A stretch of 64,000 bases of DNA from Octopus vulgaris (GCA_951406725.2 OX597815.1:190774001-190838000), one strand, 5' to 3'; positions 1-12,944 are shown, counted from the stretch's first letter. Notes: a model not told the origin generated them from the letters alone. Program-made: numbers and translations.

Positions 1-158
1 CTTCTCTGGATCTTTCCTTCTCCTATGTTTCAGACGAAGAGCTCCGCTCGAAACGTTAAACCCTCCTTCTTCCCTTCTTTCCTGAGCGTCCAATAATACT
101 ATATTTGTTCCATGTCCTCGCGTTGTTGTGTTTTTTTGTGCTCTCATGTTTGGATTAA

Positions 159-160
<2 letters not shown>
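1..160 (+). mobile_element. Short hammerhead-bearing (Penelope/retrozyme-like) element, truncated by the window start
   Basis: 27-61 reads GTTT-CAGACGA-A-GAGC-tcc-GCTC-GAAA-CG-TT-AAAC, a minimal type I hammerhead with a U4A core change. The element ends in a (TA)n tract. Confidence 0.6.
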
Positions 161-211
<51 letters not shown>

Positions 212-527
212 TTACCGAACGATGTCCGAGACGTTGAGGCACACGGCGAGAAATCACCGGCTTGTTGGAAATCAGGCAAGTTTGTTGTATATATATGTAT
301 GTGCGTGTTTGTGTGTCTGTCCCCCTAGCATTGCTTGACAACCGATGCTGGTGTGCTTACGTCCCTGTCACTTAGCGGTTCGGCAAAACAGACCGATAGA
401 ATAAGTACCGGGCTTACAAAGAATAAGTCACGGGGTCGATTTGCTCGACTGAAGGCGGTGCTCCAGCATGGCCGCAGTCAAATGACTGAAACAAGTAGAA
501 GATAGAAGATTAAGATATATATACACA

Positions 528-1698
528 CATAGTCTGATCATTAAGTATTCGAACTCTTACCACGGTAACGAAGCTAAAACATTTAGAGTGAAGCCACTTG
601 GCACAGATTGACCTTCAATTTTGCTGTGCATGCACACTAAGTTTTGATGTTCTAGCTCACTTCCACTGTTTAGAGCATTGCTTGAAAGGAAGGTGTGTAA
701 TCGTCACATTGACCATGACAGAAAAAGTTGACCATCAAATTTTGCCATAAGCTTGGGGATACCTGCTCAGAAGCCTACACAAAGTTTTCAAAAAGTCTCC
801 ATTTGTAAGCGCAGGAGTGGCTGTGTGGTAAGTAGCTTGCTAACCAACCACATGGTTCCAGGTTCAGTCCCACTGCATGGCATCTTGGGCAAGTGTCTTC
901 TGCTATAGGCCCGGGCCGACCAATGCCTTGTGAGTGGATTTGGTAGACGGAAACTGAAAGAAGCCTGTCGTATATATGTATATATATATAAGTGTGTGTG
1001 TATATGTTTGTGTGTCTGTGTTTGTCTCCCTAGCATTGCATGACAACCGATGCTGGTGTGTTTACGTCCCTGTCACTTAGCGGTTCGGCAAAAGAGACCG
1101 ATAGAATAAGTACTGGGCTTACAAAGAATAAGTCCCGGGGTCGATTTGCTCGACTAAAGGCGGTGCTCCAGCATGGCCGCAGTCAAATGACTGAAACAAG
1201 TAAAAGAGTAAAAGAGTATTTGTCTCAACACAATCAAGACCTTGCGCAACTGAAACCTGGGTGTCTTTTTGGTCAGCTGAAAACAGTTTTGGCAAAAACT
1301 CGGCAGGCATGTATCTCACCCAAATCTTCAGTGATAATGGACAGAACTGAACTGGAACTAATCTGCACATCCTCTAATAACTTATGAATGGTGATTTGAC
1401 AATTTCTCCTCACAGCTGCATGCACATCTGTGATGTTTTTCTCAGTTCTGCTGGTTGTAGGTCTCCCAGAACGTTTGTCACTCTCAACATTTTTAGGCCA
1501 TCTTAGAAACATCTGAACCACTTGTAAACTTATGTGCAGCTCATACACTCCCTTCCATACACTTTCTGCAACTTTGCGTACGCCTCTGAGCAGGTATCGC
1601 CATGACAACTTTCTCTATCATTGTCAATGCGACAATCACACACTACGCACCTTCCTTCCAAGCACTGCTGTAATCAATACTTATTGATCAAACCTCAT
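528..1698. mobile_element. Decayed mariner (Mos1/Hsmar-type) fold-back element: two 5' halves facing inward
   Basis: The minus strand 1273-1608 gives ESDKRSGRPTTSRTEKNITDVHAAVRRNCQITIHKL, a mariner HTH region. Related terminal sequence lies at 528 (+) and about 1698 (-). A SINE is inserted at 808-1217. Confidence 0.75.
808..1217 (+). mobile_element. tRNA-derived SINE family A, near full length
   Basis: Head with A/B-box-like TGGCTGTGTGGT and GGTTCAGTCC, internal (TA/TG)n, and tail GGCGGTGCTCCAGCATGGCCGCAGTCAAATGACTGAAAC followed by GTAAAAGA repeats. More than 20 full or partial copies in the window. Confidence 0.9.
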
Positions 1699-1885
1699 GT
1701 ATATAATACCAGATACAGCTTGGCACCTGTGACGTTGCCACTCATTTCTACAGCTGAGTGAACTGTCTTGCTGAAGAACACAACACGCAGCCCGGTCCAG
1801 GATTCGAACTCACAACCTCACGATCATAAGCTCGACACTCTAACCACTGAGCCATGTGCCTTCACACATATATATATATATATAT

Positions 1886-2149
1886 CACCGTGACCGACCA
1901 GGCTATCAGATGTTGTTTCACATCGCTGGTCACAATGTGCTTCGCATTGTTTTAGCCTTCAAATGACGCCACCCCGCTGGCTAAGCGAGCAGGCCAACAG
2001 AAGAAAGAAGTTGTGGCGAAAGAGTACAGCAGGGATCGCCACCACCCCTGCCAGAGCCTCGTGGAGCTTTAGGTGTTTTCGTTCAGAGAATTGAAACCGC
2101 GATCCTACGACTGCGAGTCCGCTGCCCTAACCACTGGACCATTGCGCCT

Positions 2150-2151
<2 letters not shown>
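1886..2151 (-). mobile_element. tRNA-derived SINE family C
   Basis: Minus-strand head GGAGGCGCAATGGTCCAGTGGTTAGGGCAGCGGACTCGCAGTCG...GGTTTCAATTC. Other copies at 2883-3132, 8352-8620, 30131-30415, 36454-36740 and 55667-55938. Confidence 0.85.
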
Positions 2152-2201
<50 letters not shown>

Positions 2202-2203
<2 letters not shown>

Positions 2204-2487
2204 TCATCATCATCATCATCATCATCGTTTAACGTCCGTTCTCCATGCTAGCATGGGTTGGATGGTTCGACCGGGGATCTGGGAAGCCAGAAGGCTGCAC
2301 CAGGCTCCAGTCTTATCTGGCAATGTTTCTACAGCTGGATGCTCTTCCTAACGCCAACCACTCCGTGAGTGTAGTGGGTGCTTTTTATGTGCCACCTGCA
2401 CAGGTGCCAGGCGAGGCTGGCAACGGCCACGGTCGGATTGGTGTATTTTATGTGCCACCGGCACGGAAGCCAGTCGAGGCGGCGCTG
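2202..2487 (-). mobile_element. RTE-tailed short retroposon (family E)
   Basis: 3' end CAACCCATGCTAGCATGGAGAACGGACGTTAAACGATGATGAT with a (GAT)n tail. Other copies at 4795-5330, 6018-6535, 11077-11282, 18950-19240, 32415-32830, 35935-36245 and 48900-49180. The RTE link is inferred from the tail type. Confidence 0.75.
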
Positions 2488-2852
2488 ATATATTTATCTT
2501 TTAAATTTATTTATGGGAAATATTTTGAATAGGCAAATAAAGCTCCTATTTCATTATGCCAGCCACAATCTAATAATGCTAACTGGGGAACCAGTCCTTT
2601 GGGGTTGCATCAAGCTGTACTGATATCATGTTGGATAAAATACGGACTGTGATCTTAAGAGTCATGTGACTTGTGGAAATGCACATGACGATGCATTAAA
2701 TGTTTATAAATTCCAACCAAGGATTATTATTATTATGATTTCATGTATATGTTTGTGTATGCATGTACATGTGTGTGTGTGTGTGTGTGTGTATAGATAT
2801 ATATATATATATATGTATATATAGATAGGTAGATAATATGTGTGTATGTATA

Positions 2853-2883
<31 letters not shown>

Positions 2884-4036
2884 CACGTGACCGACCAGAC
2901 CATCAGATGTTGCTACACATCGCTGGTCACAATGCGTTCGCATTGTTTTAGCCTTCGAATGATGCCACCCCGCTAGCTAAGCGAGCAGGCCAACAGAAGA
3001 AAGAGTGAGAGAAAGAGTGGAGCTTTTAGGTGTTTTCGCTCAATAAACACACACAACGCCTGGTCTGGGAATCGAAACCGCGATCCTACAACCGCGAGTC
3101 CGCTGCCCTAACCACTAGGCCATTGCGCCTCCTATATATATATGTATGTATATGTATATCTGTAAATAATAATGATATTTTATAAGCTTAAAGCTTATAA
3201 GCAATTGTCATGTATTGACTAGAGAAAATAGTCTAATATTGGGGCATGTAAGCTCTCAACGGAAAAAAGTGGGTTTTTTTAATGTATGGGACACGAACCC
3301 ACACCTCTACATATTCGTAATAAGTGTACAACCATTACACCTATGTACCCACTCACTTCTTCCTGTTAGATTTAAGAATTATAATTCCATAGTGTTGTTT
3401 TTTTATATATATATTTTTTTTGTGCGTGGGTTTTCTGCATTGAATTGAGAAGTGGTGACAAGTGACAATTCTGTAGATAATAATTGTTTATGAGCTTAAA
3501 GCTCAAAAGCAACCACCGTAGGTTGACAAAAGAAATGCATACAGAAAACCCACTTTTTCTTTTTTCCATCGAGGGTTTTTATGCACCAATATGACACTAT
3601 TTTTTTTTGGTCCATTCACAGTGATCACTTATAAGCATTAAGCTTATAAAATATCATTATTTACAGAATTATCACTCGTCACCACTTCTCAATTCATTGT
3701 AGAAACATGTGCAGGCATGACTATGTGGTAAGAAGCTTGCTTCCCCACGACATGGTTCCGGGTTCAGTCCCACTGCATGGCACCCACCATAGGGTCCACA
3801 CAATAGGCCTGAACCCAGAACCATGTGGTTGGGAAGCAAATTTCTACCACACAGCCACACTTGCTCCTGATTACTTCAGAATCAATCATTGCTGCATTAA
3901 TTCTATATCTCTCATAAATTTGTCATTCACAAAATCATGCTCTGTTTATTTTCATGTGAAGGAAACAACATGTAACTTCAGACATACATTTAGCTATCCT
4001 TCTGTTGTAAATCATTATTCCACTTATATATTTCAG

Positions 4037-4264
4037 GTGGCCAATACTAATATGGGATGGACTTTAGGATTTATGCTCTACACCAGTAATGAAATCCCTG
4101 CTGAGACTTCAAGTTTAGGACTAACTACATTTATTTTGTTGGCTGTACTCTTTATTTTGTTTATCTTCCTCTCTATCGGATTTGCAATTGTTGCCAAAAG
4201 AGAAACCCCTGCAATTGACAGTTATGATAAAGCCCCAGATTATGGATCAACAGCTGTGGCGTAA
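4037..4264 (+). CDS. ENTPD: Terminal coding exon of an ectonucleoside triphosphate diphosphohydrolase (CD39/GDA1 family, ENTPD1/2/3/8-type)
   Basis: Acceptor tatatttcag|GTG at 4036/4037, phase 0. Translation VANTNMGWTLGFMLYTSNEIPAE matches the apyrase conserved region 5 pattern (GWTLGYML...IPAE in CD39). It is followed by a hydrophobic TM helix (FILLAVLFILFIFLSIGFAIVA), a short tail and TAA. Upstream exons were not found in the window; the paralog cannot be resolved. Confidence 0.9.
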   Translation: MANTNMGWTLGFMLYTSNEIPAETSSLGLTTFILLAVLFILFIFLSIGFAIVAKRETPAIDSYDKAPDYGSTAVA

Positions 4265-4466
4265 TTTTCAAAAAGACGATTTTAACAAACGAATTTTAGT
4301 TGTTTTTATAATTCAGCCAACCATTTCTTTTCATTCTATTTTAGGATGTTATAATATTTTTTTAAAATTTTAAACTCTATATATTTCAGATATTTTTAAT
4401 TTTTAAATTTTATTTAATTTAAAAATAAAATTAAAATAAAATCAATTTCAAATTTTCTTCTCCATA

Positions 4467-4472
4467 AATAAA
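4467..4472 (+). promoter_or_regulatory. Candidate polyadenylation signal of the ENTPD gene
   Basis: AATAAA about 200 nt after the stop, with another at 4424-4429, in an AT-rich 3' UTR. Chance occurrence is possible in such AT-rich DNA. Confidence 0.4.
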
Positions 4473-4973
4473 AACAACATAAATTATTATTTATATATTT
4501 TAGCAGTTTAATATCCATTTTGGTATACTAATATAGGACATTGCTTTGTAACGAAGCAGTTTGTTTTATAGATTGATGTCTTTCATTTAGTAAACTGAAG
4601 CATGTTGGTAACATAGTCAAAAGCCTATTGCCTTAACTTTAAAATAGCTTTTATTAAAAGATTACTGATAAAAGTAAAACAGTTTGGTGGTAAATTATTG
4701 GTTTCAAATTTTGGTACAAGGTCGGCAAGTTCAGGAACAGGATAAGTTAATTACATCAGTCCCAGTGCTCAACTGGTACTTATTCTATCGACCCCATCAT
4801 CATCATCATTTGATGTCTGTTTTTCATGCTGGCATGGGTTGGATGGTTTGACAGGAGCTGGCAAGCCAGTGGGTGGCACCAGGCTCCAGTTGTCGGTTTT
4901 GGCTGAATGCCCTTCCTTCCTAACTCCAACCACTTTGTTTTTTCTGTGGAGCCAGCTCAAGTGCTTACATGCA

Positions 4974-5320
4974 TGGCACCAGCATGGGTGCTTTTTATGT
5001 GGCACCAGCATGGGTGCTTTTTATGTGGCACCAGCATGGGTGCTTTTTATGTGGCACCAGCACATGTGCTTTTTATGTGGCACCAGCACATGTGATTTTT
5101 GTGGCACCAACATGGGTGCTTTTTATGTGGCACCAGCACAGGTGCTTTTTATGTGGCACCAGTACATGTGCTTTTTATGTGGCACCAGCACATGTGACTT
5201 TTGTGGCACCAACATGGGTGCTTTTTATGTGGAATCAGCATGAATGCCTTTTATATGGCACCAGCATGGGTGCTTTTTAGATGGTGGTAGTGCAGGTGCT
5301 TTTTATGCAACACCAGTACC
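4974..5320. repeat. 26-bp minisatellite expanded inside a family E element
   Basis: Unit GGCACCAGCATGGGTGCTTTTTATGT, about 13 degenerate copies, no spacers. Confidence 0.9.
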
Positions 5321-5984
5321 CATGGGATCACCAAGTGGTTTGCAAGACCAGGACATCTCAACTAAGAGAGGGTTAGGAACTGAGAGAAGTGACTGTGTGC
5401 CAGACGAGAGGTTGGAGTATGATAGAGAGTCAAAGTACCAGTCACCTACTAGGGTTGATTTAATCAACCCTCTCCCTTCCTCTAATCTTCAAGCCTCTTG
5501 TCTGTAATTAGGAAGGCTGCAAGCTGGCAGAATATTTAGAACGTCAGAAAAAAAATGCCTCGTATTTGTTCTTACTGTTTACATTCCCGAGTTCAAATCC
5601 CACTGAGGTTACCTTTGCCTTTCATCCTTTTGTGGGGGTTAATAAAATCAAGTACCTGCAAAATATTGGGTGTTGGGGTGATGATATCAACTAACTGGCT
5701 TTCCCACCAAAATCCAGGCCTTGTACCTAAATCAGAAACCACTTTTCATAAGAGTGCTTTTATTTTTCTTTCTCTCTTCTTTCTTCAATAGCAAACCTTT
5801 CTATTATAGGCACAAGGCCTGAAATTTGGGACGGGAGGGTTATTCAATTACACCAACCCCAATGTTTGACTGGTATTTATTTCATTGACCCCCAAAAGGA
5901 TCAAAGGCAAAGTTCACCCTGACAGGATTTGAACTTCGAACATAATGACAGACAAAATGCCACTAAGCATTTTGCATGATATTG

Positions 5985-6016
<32 letters not shown>

Positions 6017-6017
6017 T

Positions 6018-6535
6018 CATCATCATCATCATCATCATCATCGTTTAACATCCACTTTCCATGCTAGCATGGGTTGGACGGTTCAACTGGGGTCTGGGAA
6101 GCTAGAAGGCTGCGCCAGGCCCAGTCTGATCTGGCAGTGTTTCTACTGCTGGATGCCTTTCCTAACGCCAACCACTCCGTGAGTGTAGTGGGTGCTTTTT
6201 ACGTGCCATCGGCACGGGGACCAGACGTAGCTGGCAACGGCCACGGTCGGATGGTGCTTTTTACGTGCCACCGGCACGGAAGCCAGTCAGGGCGGCGCTG
6301 GCTACGGCCATGTTCAGATGGTTACGGCCACGATCGGATGGTGCTTTTTTCGTGCCACCGGCACAGAGACCAGACGGAGCTGGCAACGGCCACGGTTGGA
6401 TGGTGCTTTTTACGTGCCACCGGCACGGAAGCCAGTCAGGGCGGCGCTGGCTACGGCCACGTTCGGATGGTTCTCTTACATGCCACCGGCACTGGTATCA
6501 CAGCTACAAATTCCACTGATATTGATAGATTACGA
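6018..6535 (-). mobile_element. Family E element with internal tandem duplications
   Basis: Repeated GGTGCTTTTTACGTGCCACCGGCAC modules. Confidence 0.75.
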
Positions 6536-6834
6536 TTTTAATAATAATAATAATAATCCTTTCTACTATAAACACAAGGTCTGACATTTTTGGGGAAGGG
6601 GTAATGGATTGGAAAAATTGCTTGAGCATCAGAAAAAAATGCTTTGCAGTATATTTTTTCAGTTCTTTACATTGTGAGTTCTAATCCCTCCAAAATTCAA
6701 CTCCAATTTTTCATCTAGTCAGGGTCAATAAAGCCCATCGTATATACATTTAAATACTGGGGGCAAATGGCATCAACTAATTCCATCTCTCAAAATTGCT
6801 GGATTTTTCCCAAAATCAGAAACCATTATCATGT

Positions 6835-6872
<38 letters not shown>

Positions 6873-6879
6873 GTCATTA

Positions 6880-7130
6880 AGAAGCCTGTCGTATATATGT
6901 ATATATGTATGTGTGTGTGTGTTTGTGTGTCTGTGTTTGTCCCTCTAGCATTGCTTGACAACCGATGCTGGTGTGTTTACGTCCCCGTAACTTAGCGGTT
7001 CGGCAAAAGAGACCGATAGAATAAGTACTGGGCTTACAAAGAATAAGTCCCGAGGTCGATTTGCTCGACTAAAGGCGGTGCTCCAGCATGGCCACAGTCA
7101 AATGACTGAAACAAGTAAACGAATAAAAGA
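6880..7130 (+). mobile_element. SINE family A, 3' half
   Basis: Near-identical to 960-1217. Confidence 0.85.
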
Positions 7131-9492
7131 ATGCCAGGTAAAATGCTAAGCAGTGTTTCATCCATCTTTACATTCTGAGTTCAAATTCCACCGGGGTTGA
7201 CTTTGCCTTTTGTCCTTTCATGGTCAATAAATTAAGTACCAGTCAAGTACTGGGGTCAATGTGATTGACTTATCCCCTTTCCACAAATTTCAGACTTTGT
7301 GCTTTAAGTAGAAAAGATCATCATCATCATCATCATTATTATTATTATTATTATTATAGATTTGTGGCATTGTTCTTATGTTACGATTCACCAGGTTTTT
7401 TCCTATTTAGTTCTATGTAAACCCCTGTCTTTTCATAATTTGCCCTTGTTGTGTCCTTCCATTTGCCATCCTTATGACTGGCTGTGGAGGGGCAGAATCA
7501 TTGGAGAGTTGGACAAGACACTTTGTTGTATTTAGTTACAGACGTTAATGTTCTGAGTTCAAACTCTGCTAAGGTCAATATTGTTTCTCATCCTTCCAGG
7601 TTTGCCGAAACAAAATAATACCTAAATATTGGTGACCAGTTTAATCGACTAATCCCCTTCTTCCAAATGTTTGGCCTTTGAAACAATTATTGTCATCACC
7701 ATCATCATCATCATCATCATCATTATCACTATCTTATCTAAAAATTTGATCTTTCCATTCACTTGTGCTCTTTCCACACTGCAATTGAAATTTTCGTTTC
7801 CCCACCTCCCCTGAAATATAAAGAACATTTAAAAAGTGAGAAGCACCAACCTTTATAAACGACCTAAAATCAACCGAATAATTAAATAGTTCAAAGACAG
7901 TATTAGAAATAAATTTCTTCTTTTTACATCTCAGATAATCTTAAAACACAAAATTATATTGCTATATCTTTACAACTAAAGTTCCACGTTTTTTTTTTGT
8001 TTTTTTCTTAAATTATATTTACCATAAACTACAAAATATTACACTTCAAAAACAAAATGTCAGCTTTGTTTGAAATGTGATATTAATATTTTAACACGAT
8101 AAACATCTTCAAATCTGTTGCTGCAAGTACCACTTATGGTTAATGCATAAAAGTGTTTTCATTGTAATATGATACAGATGTTGTGAGCACATAGTAAGAA
8201 GTTTGCTTCTCAACCACATGGTTCCAGGTTCAATCCCACTGTGTGGCACCTTGGCCAAGTATCTTCTACTATAATCTCAGGCCGACCAAAGCCTTGTGAG
8301 TGGATTTGGTAGAAGCCTGTCATGTGTATATGTATATATATATATATGTGTGTGGAAGCACAATGGCCCAGTGGTTAGGGCAGCGGACTCGCAGTCATGT
8401 GATTGCAGTTTTGATTCCCAGACCGGCCGTTGTGAGTGTTTATTGAGTGAAAACACCTAAAGCTACACGAGGCTCCGGCAGGGTGGGGGAAAACCCTGCT
8501 GTACTCTTTCACCACAATTTTCTCTCACTCTTTCTTCCTGTTTCTGTTGTACCTGTATTTCAAGGGGTCAGCCTTGTCACACACTGTGTCATGCTGAATC
8601 TCCGCAAGAACTACATTAAGGCGAGCTGGCAGAAACGTTAGCATGCCGGGCGAAATGCTTAACGGTATTTTGTCTGCTGCTACATTCTGAGTTCAAATTC
8701 CGCCGAGGTCGACTTTGCCTTTCATCCATTTGGGGTCAATTAAATAAAGTATCAGTTACGTACTGGGAGCGATATAATCAACTTAATCCATTTGTCTGTC
8801 CTTGTTTGTCCCCTCTGTGTTTAGCCCCTTGTGGGTAGTAAAGAAATAGGTACACATGTCTGTGGAGTGCTCAGCCACTTACACGTTAATTTCACAAGCA
8901 GGCTGATCCGTTGATCAACTCAACTGGAACCCTCGTTGTTGTAATTGACAGAGTGCCACAACGATATATACGTGTATGTGTTTGTGTTTGTCTCCCACCA
9001 CTGTTTAACCAGTGAAGGTGTTTTTAGATCCCCTTAACTTAGCAACCTGGCAAAAGAGACTGATAGAATAAGTGTCAGGCTTGAGAAAAGTAAGTACTGA
9101 GTCGATCCATCTGACTAAAATTTTTCAAGGCAGTGCCCCAGCATGGCCACAGTTTAATGACTGACACAAGTAAAACATAGATGTATAGTTGGCTATTTTA
9201 ACCAGATATAGATTTCAAAACCTACAGATTAATATTTCATATCCTGTCACCAATATTTTTGGTCAACATGCTTAAGTATTTCAGTTCTCATAGATGTAAA
9301 TAGCATGGTTCCATGTGGAAGGTTATAATAGAGTATAGAGTAGTTGTGTGGTAAGAAGCTTGCTTACCAACCACATGGTTCTGGGTTCAGTCTCACTGCG
9401 TGGCACCTTGGGTAAGTGTCTTCTATTATAGCCTCAGGCTGACCAAATACTTGTGAGTGGATTTGGTAGACGGAAGCTGAAAGAAGCCCGTC

Positions 9493-9528
<36 letters not shown>

Positions 9529-10819
9529 TTGTGTGTCAGTTTCGGTCTACAAAATCCACTCAAAAGATTAGAGTCAGTGCACACGCAGTAGGACTGAACC
9601 CGGAACTTTGTGGTTGGGAAGCAAACCTCTTAACCACGCAATGGCAATTGTTTGCAATTCTAAGAAAGTTAGATGTAAATACTTCCAAATGATTTCTGAT
9701 GTAGACAAAAGTCAAATTATTTTTAAGCTGTTCAACACATGAAAGGGCAACTTGCTCTACGTTGCTTTTGTTTTTATTTTATTTCTTTTGTTTTTTGTTG
9801 TTGTTTTTGTTCTGGCTATTTATCTTAATTAAACGTCTAACTGTCTGAGATGTGTTATTTATAAGATTATAATTTATCAGACTATTAACCTCGTCTTTAA
9901 AGATGAAACATTTTTTTTTTTTAATATTTACATCTCCATTATATTTCGATCAGCTTATGATTTCCAATTGAAACACAGTGTAAATATAAATATTGATTCA
10001 CAATGTTGGCACAAGGCCACAAATGCAAGTACTAAAAAGCGTTTCATCTCTAATGATGAAGTTAATAGTCCAAAAAATTATAATTCTATTTATCCGTCAT
10101 TCTATATATCAAACCAAGTACAATGTTGTATTATATTCAACACCAGTACCAATAACGTTTTTGGCATTTGGTGTTTGTACCTATGAGACATGGTCCTTAC
10201 AAATTTCAAAAAATCATGTTTTACGTTTTTGGAAAATTTTGTGCTTTTTGTCTTTTATAAACAATTTTAATGAATTAGCATACATTATTTGTATAAATGA
10301 CAGTCAGGGTAGCAAAGAGAACCATTGTTCATTTGTTTTGGTGCTAAAATATTTTTATATTAAATTTCTTTCTTAATAATAATAATACCAATTTAAAATT
10401 GATTTCCTTTTTAATTTTTACATGATTTGATTTCTGTTGAAATATTTTAAAAATATATTTTGTAAATAACTTCATTTAAAAATAAAATGAAAATTCCACT
10501 TAGAAATTTGTTTCAATATTTTCATTTTAATATCTGATAAAATTCAAGGACATAAACATACTGTTATGATTAAGGAGTTTACTTTGCAACTGTGGGATTT
10601 CAGGTTTAGTTCCACTGTATATACCATGATTGCAGATTAACCAATGTCAGTGGAATTTTGTAGATTGAAACTCTGCATAAGTTCATCACATAGACAAGAG
10701 TTGATTCATAAAGTATTTCATTGGGTTGTCTTACACTTGTTTCGGTAAACATTATGGCTGGATTATGCAACCTGGGTCAGATAAAGTTTCAGATTCTTTA
10801 CTGCATCAGAAAATGTAAC

Positions 10820-11020
10820 CATATGTGGATTCTTGGTGATTTTTTTACCTCCATCTTCCTTTTCTCTTGGACTTTCCTCTGTCTCCTGTTTCTGAAGAAG
10901 AGCTTTGCTCGAAGCATAAAACTACCTTTCTTTCCTTCCCTGATACCTGCTAATGTTTTACATGTACCACATCCTCACATTGTTGCTTTTTCTTGTGTTT
11001 TTTCTTTGATTTTTGGGGAT

Positions 11021-11025
<5 letters not shown>
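10820..11025 (+). mobile_element. Hammerhead-bearing element related to 1-160
   Basis: 10888-10922 reads GTTT-CTGAAGA-A-GAGC-ttt-GCTC-GAAG-CA-TA-AAAC. It has the same GGATTAACT end abutting (TA)n. Confidence 0.6.
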
Positions 11026-11059
<34 letters not shown>

Positions 11060-12562
11060 AATATATGCATATATATCATCATCATCATCATTATCATCAT
11101 TTAGCGTCCGCTTTCCATGCTAGCATGGGTTGGACGGTTCAACTGGGGTCTGTGAAGCCAGAAGGCTGCATCAGGCCCAGTCTGATCTGGCAGTGTTTCT
11201 ACGGCTGGATGCTCTTCCTAATGCCAACCACTCCGTGAGTGTAGTGGGTGCTTTTTACGTGCCACCCGCACAGGTGCCAGACGTACATATATGTATATAT
11301 GTACATACCTTCTTATATGGGTACAGGACATCAAAAAAGCGTTGAACACAATGAGAAACGAAAGCATAAAAACAAAAACATAGAAACGAACCTTTTTTTT
11401 GGACAGCGAAAAAAAACCCAGAGAAACAAGACATGCAACATAAAGAATATTCCCTTTCTTCAGTAGTCCCTGTTTCATCTACTCCACGTGATGAAGGTAA
11501 GGACAAGACGTGACTTCGTTGAAACAGTCCTTCCCGCAAAGCAAATTAAATAAAATTTGGGATTTTTTACGGAGGGTGAAAGTGGTAATAAGAACAAGAC
11601 AGTGAGAACAAAACAATAAAAACAATAAAAAAGTAAAGTATACTAGCCATCTCAATATGGGGTGGGTGTTACTGTAGTTTTTTAATCCCAGGATATCATC
11701 GTCTCCAGCTGGCTTTAGACACAATTTCTGTGCCCTTAAGATATTTGCAAAGTAAAAACAGTAAAAGACAGAACAATGAGAACAAAACAGTAAAAACAAA
11801 CGATGAGGACTGTTAAGTCAAGACGATGGGAAAATTATTCTGAACGCTTAGGGAGATGAGCTTATGAAGAGACAGAATAAGCACGTTTAGTCTTTGTGAA
11901 GGTAGTAGTGAGAAAGATAGATTGCCTCTCATCAGCGACAAAAGAGTCGAGATGATGGTGGTAGAAATGGTGGTCACTATGTGGTGGTGTGGTGTTGCTG
12001 CTGCTACTGGCAGCAGTAATGTCAATGTGGTGGGTGGGGTGTAGGTGACATTGGTGGTGGTGGTCATGGTGGTTTTGGTGCTCATGGAAGTTGTTGTTTA
12101 GCTCTAGATCAACCAAAACCCAGCAGACCAAAGACATTCCAATCATGGCCACCAAATCTTTTTTTTTTCAAGACAGCCATATCTATGATCTGTAAGTCAG
12201 TTAGTTGCTCTTTCTAGCCAGGTTGGATGACCTCAATAGAGAATTTACCGTACTGCGATGAATGAAGAGAAAATTAAGTTAAGACGAAAACTCTCTACAA
12301 TTTTACTTTGAAATATGGAGAAATGAAATTAATTATTGATTCTTGATAAAAATTATTAAAACAGAAAAAAAAACAAGAAAAATGTGTGGGAAAATAAGAC
12401 TGGAAGTATTGTTTTGATAATTTGAGTCAAAAAATTCTGATAGACATTCTGTTTTTGAACAGATAAACTTTTAGATTAATGGTTAAAGAGCACAGCTGAT
12501 CGCTGTATTGTTAATAGGTGGAGTCGACCACAAATGGTCAAGGAACACTGCTATTGTATAGC

Positions 12563-12944
12563 TATTCTTTTATTTGTTTCAGTCATTTGATTCTGACCAT
12601 GCTGGAGCACTGCCTTTAGTTGAACAAACTGACCCCAGGATTTATTCTTTGTAAGCCTAGTACTTATTCTATTGGTTTCTGTTACCGAACTGCTAAGTTA
12701 CGGGGACATAAACACACCAACATTGGTTGCCAAGCGATGGTGGAGGGACAAACACAAACACACACACACACACACACATACATACGATGGGATTCTTTCA
12801 GTTTCCGTCTACCAAATTCACTCACAAGGCTTTGGTCAGCCCGAGGCTATTGAAGACGCTTGGCCAAGTTGCCACACAGTGGGACCGAATCCACAGCCAT
12901 GTGGTTGGTAAGCAAGCTACTTACCACACAGCCTTTCCTGCACC
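12563..12944 (-). mobile_element. SINE family A
   Basis: Reverse-complement match to 808-1217. Confidence 0.85.

Noticed and set aside
3707-4036. N-terminal 110 codons of the 185-aa ORF
   Set aside because: SINE-derived and intronic; homology begins only after the acceptor at 4036.
4974-5320. CRISPR-like regular repeat
   Set aside because: Head-to-tail 26-bp units with no unique spacers, derived from a retroposon module; eukaryotic context and no cas genes.
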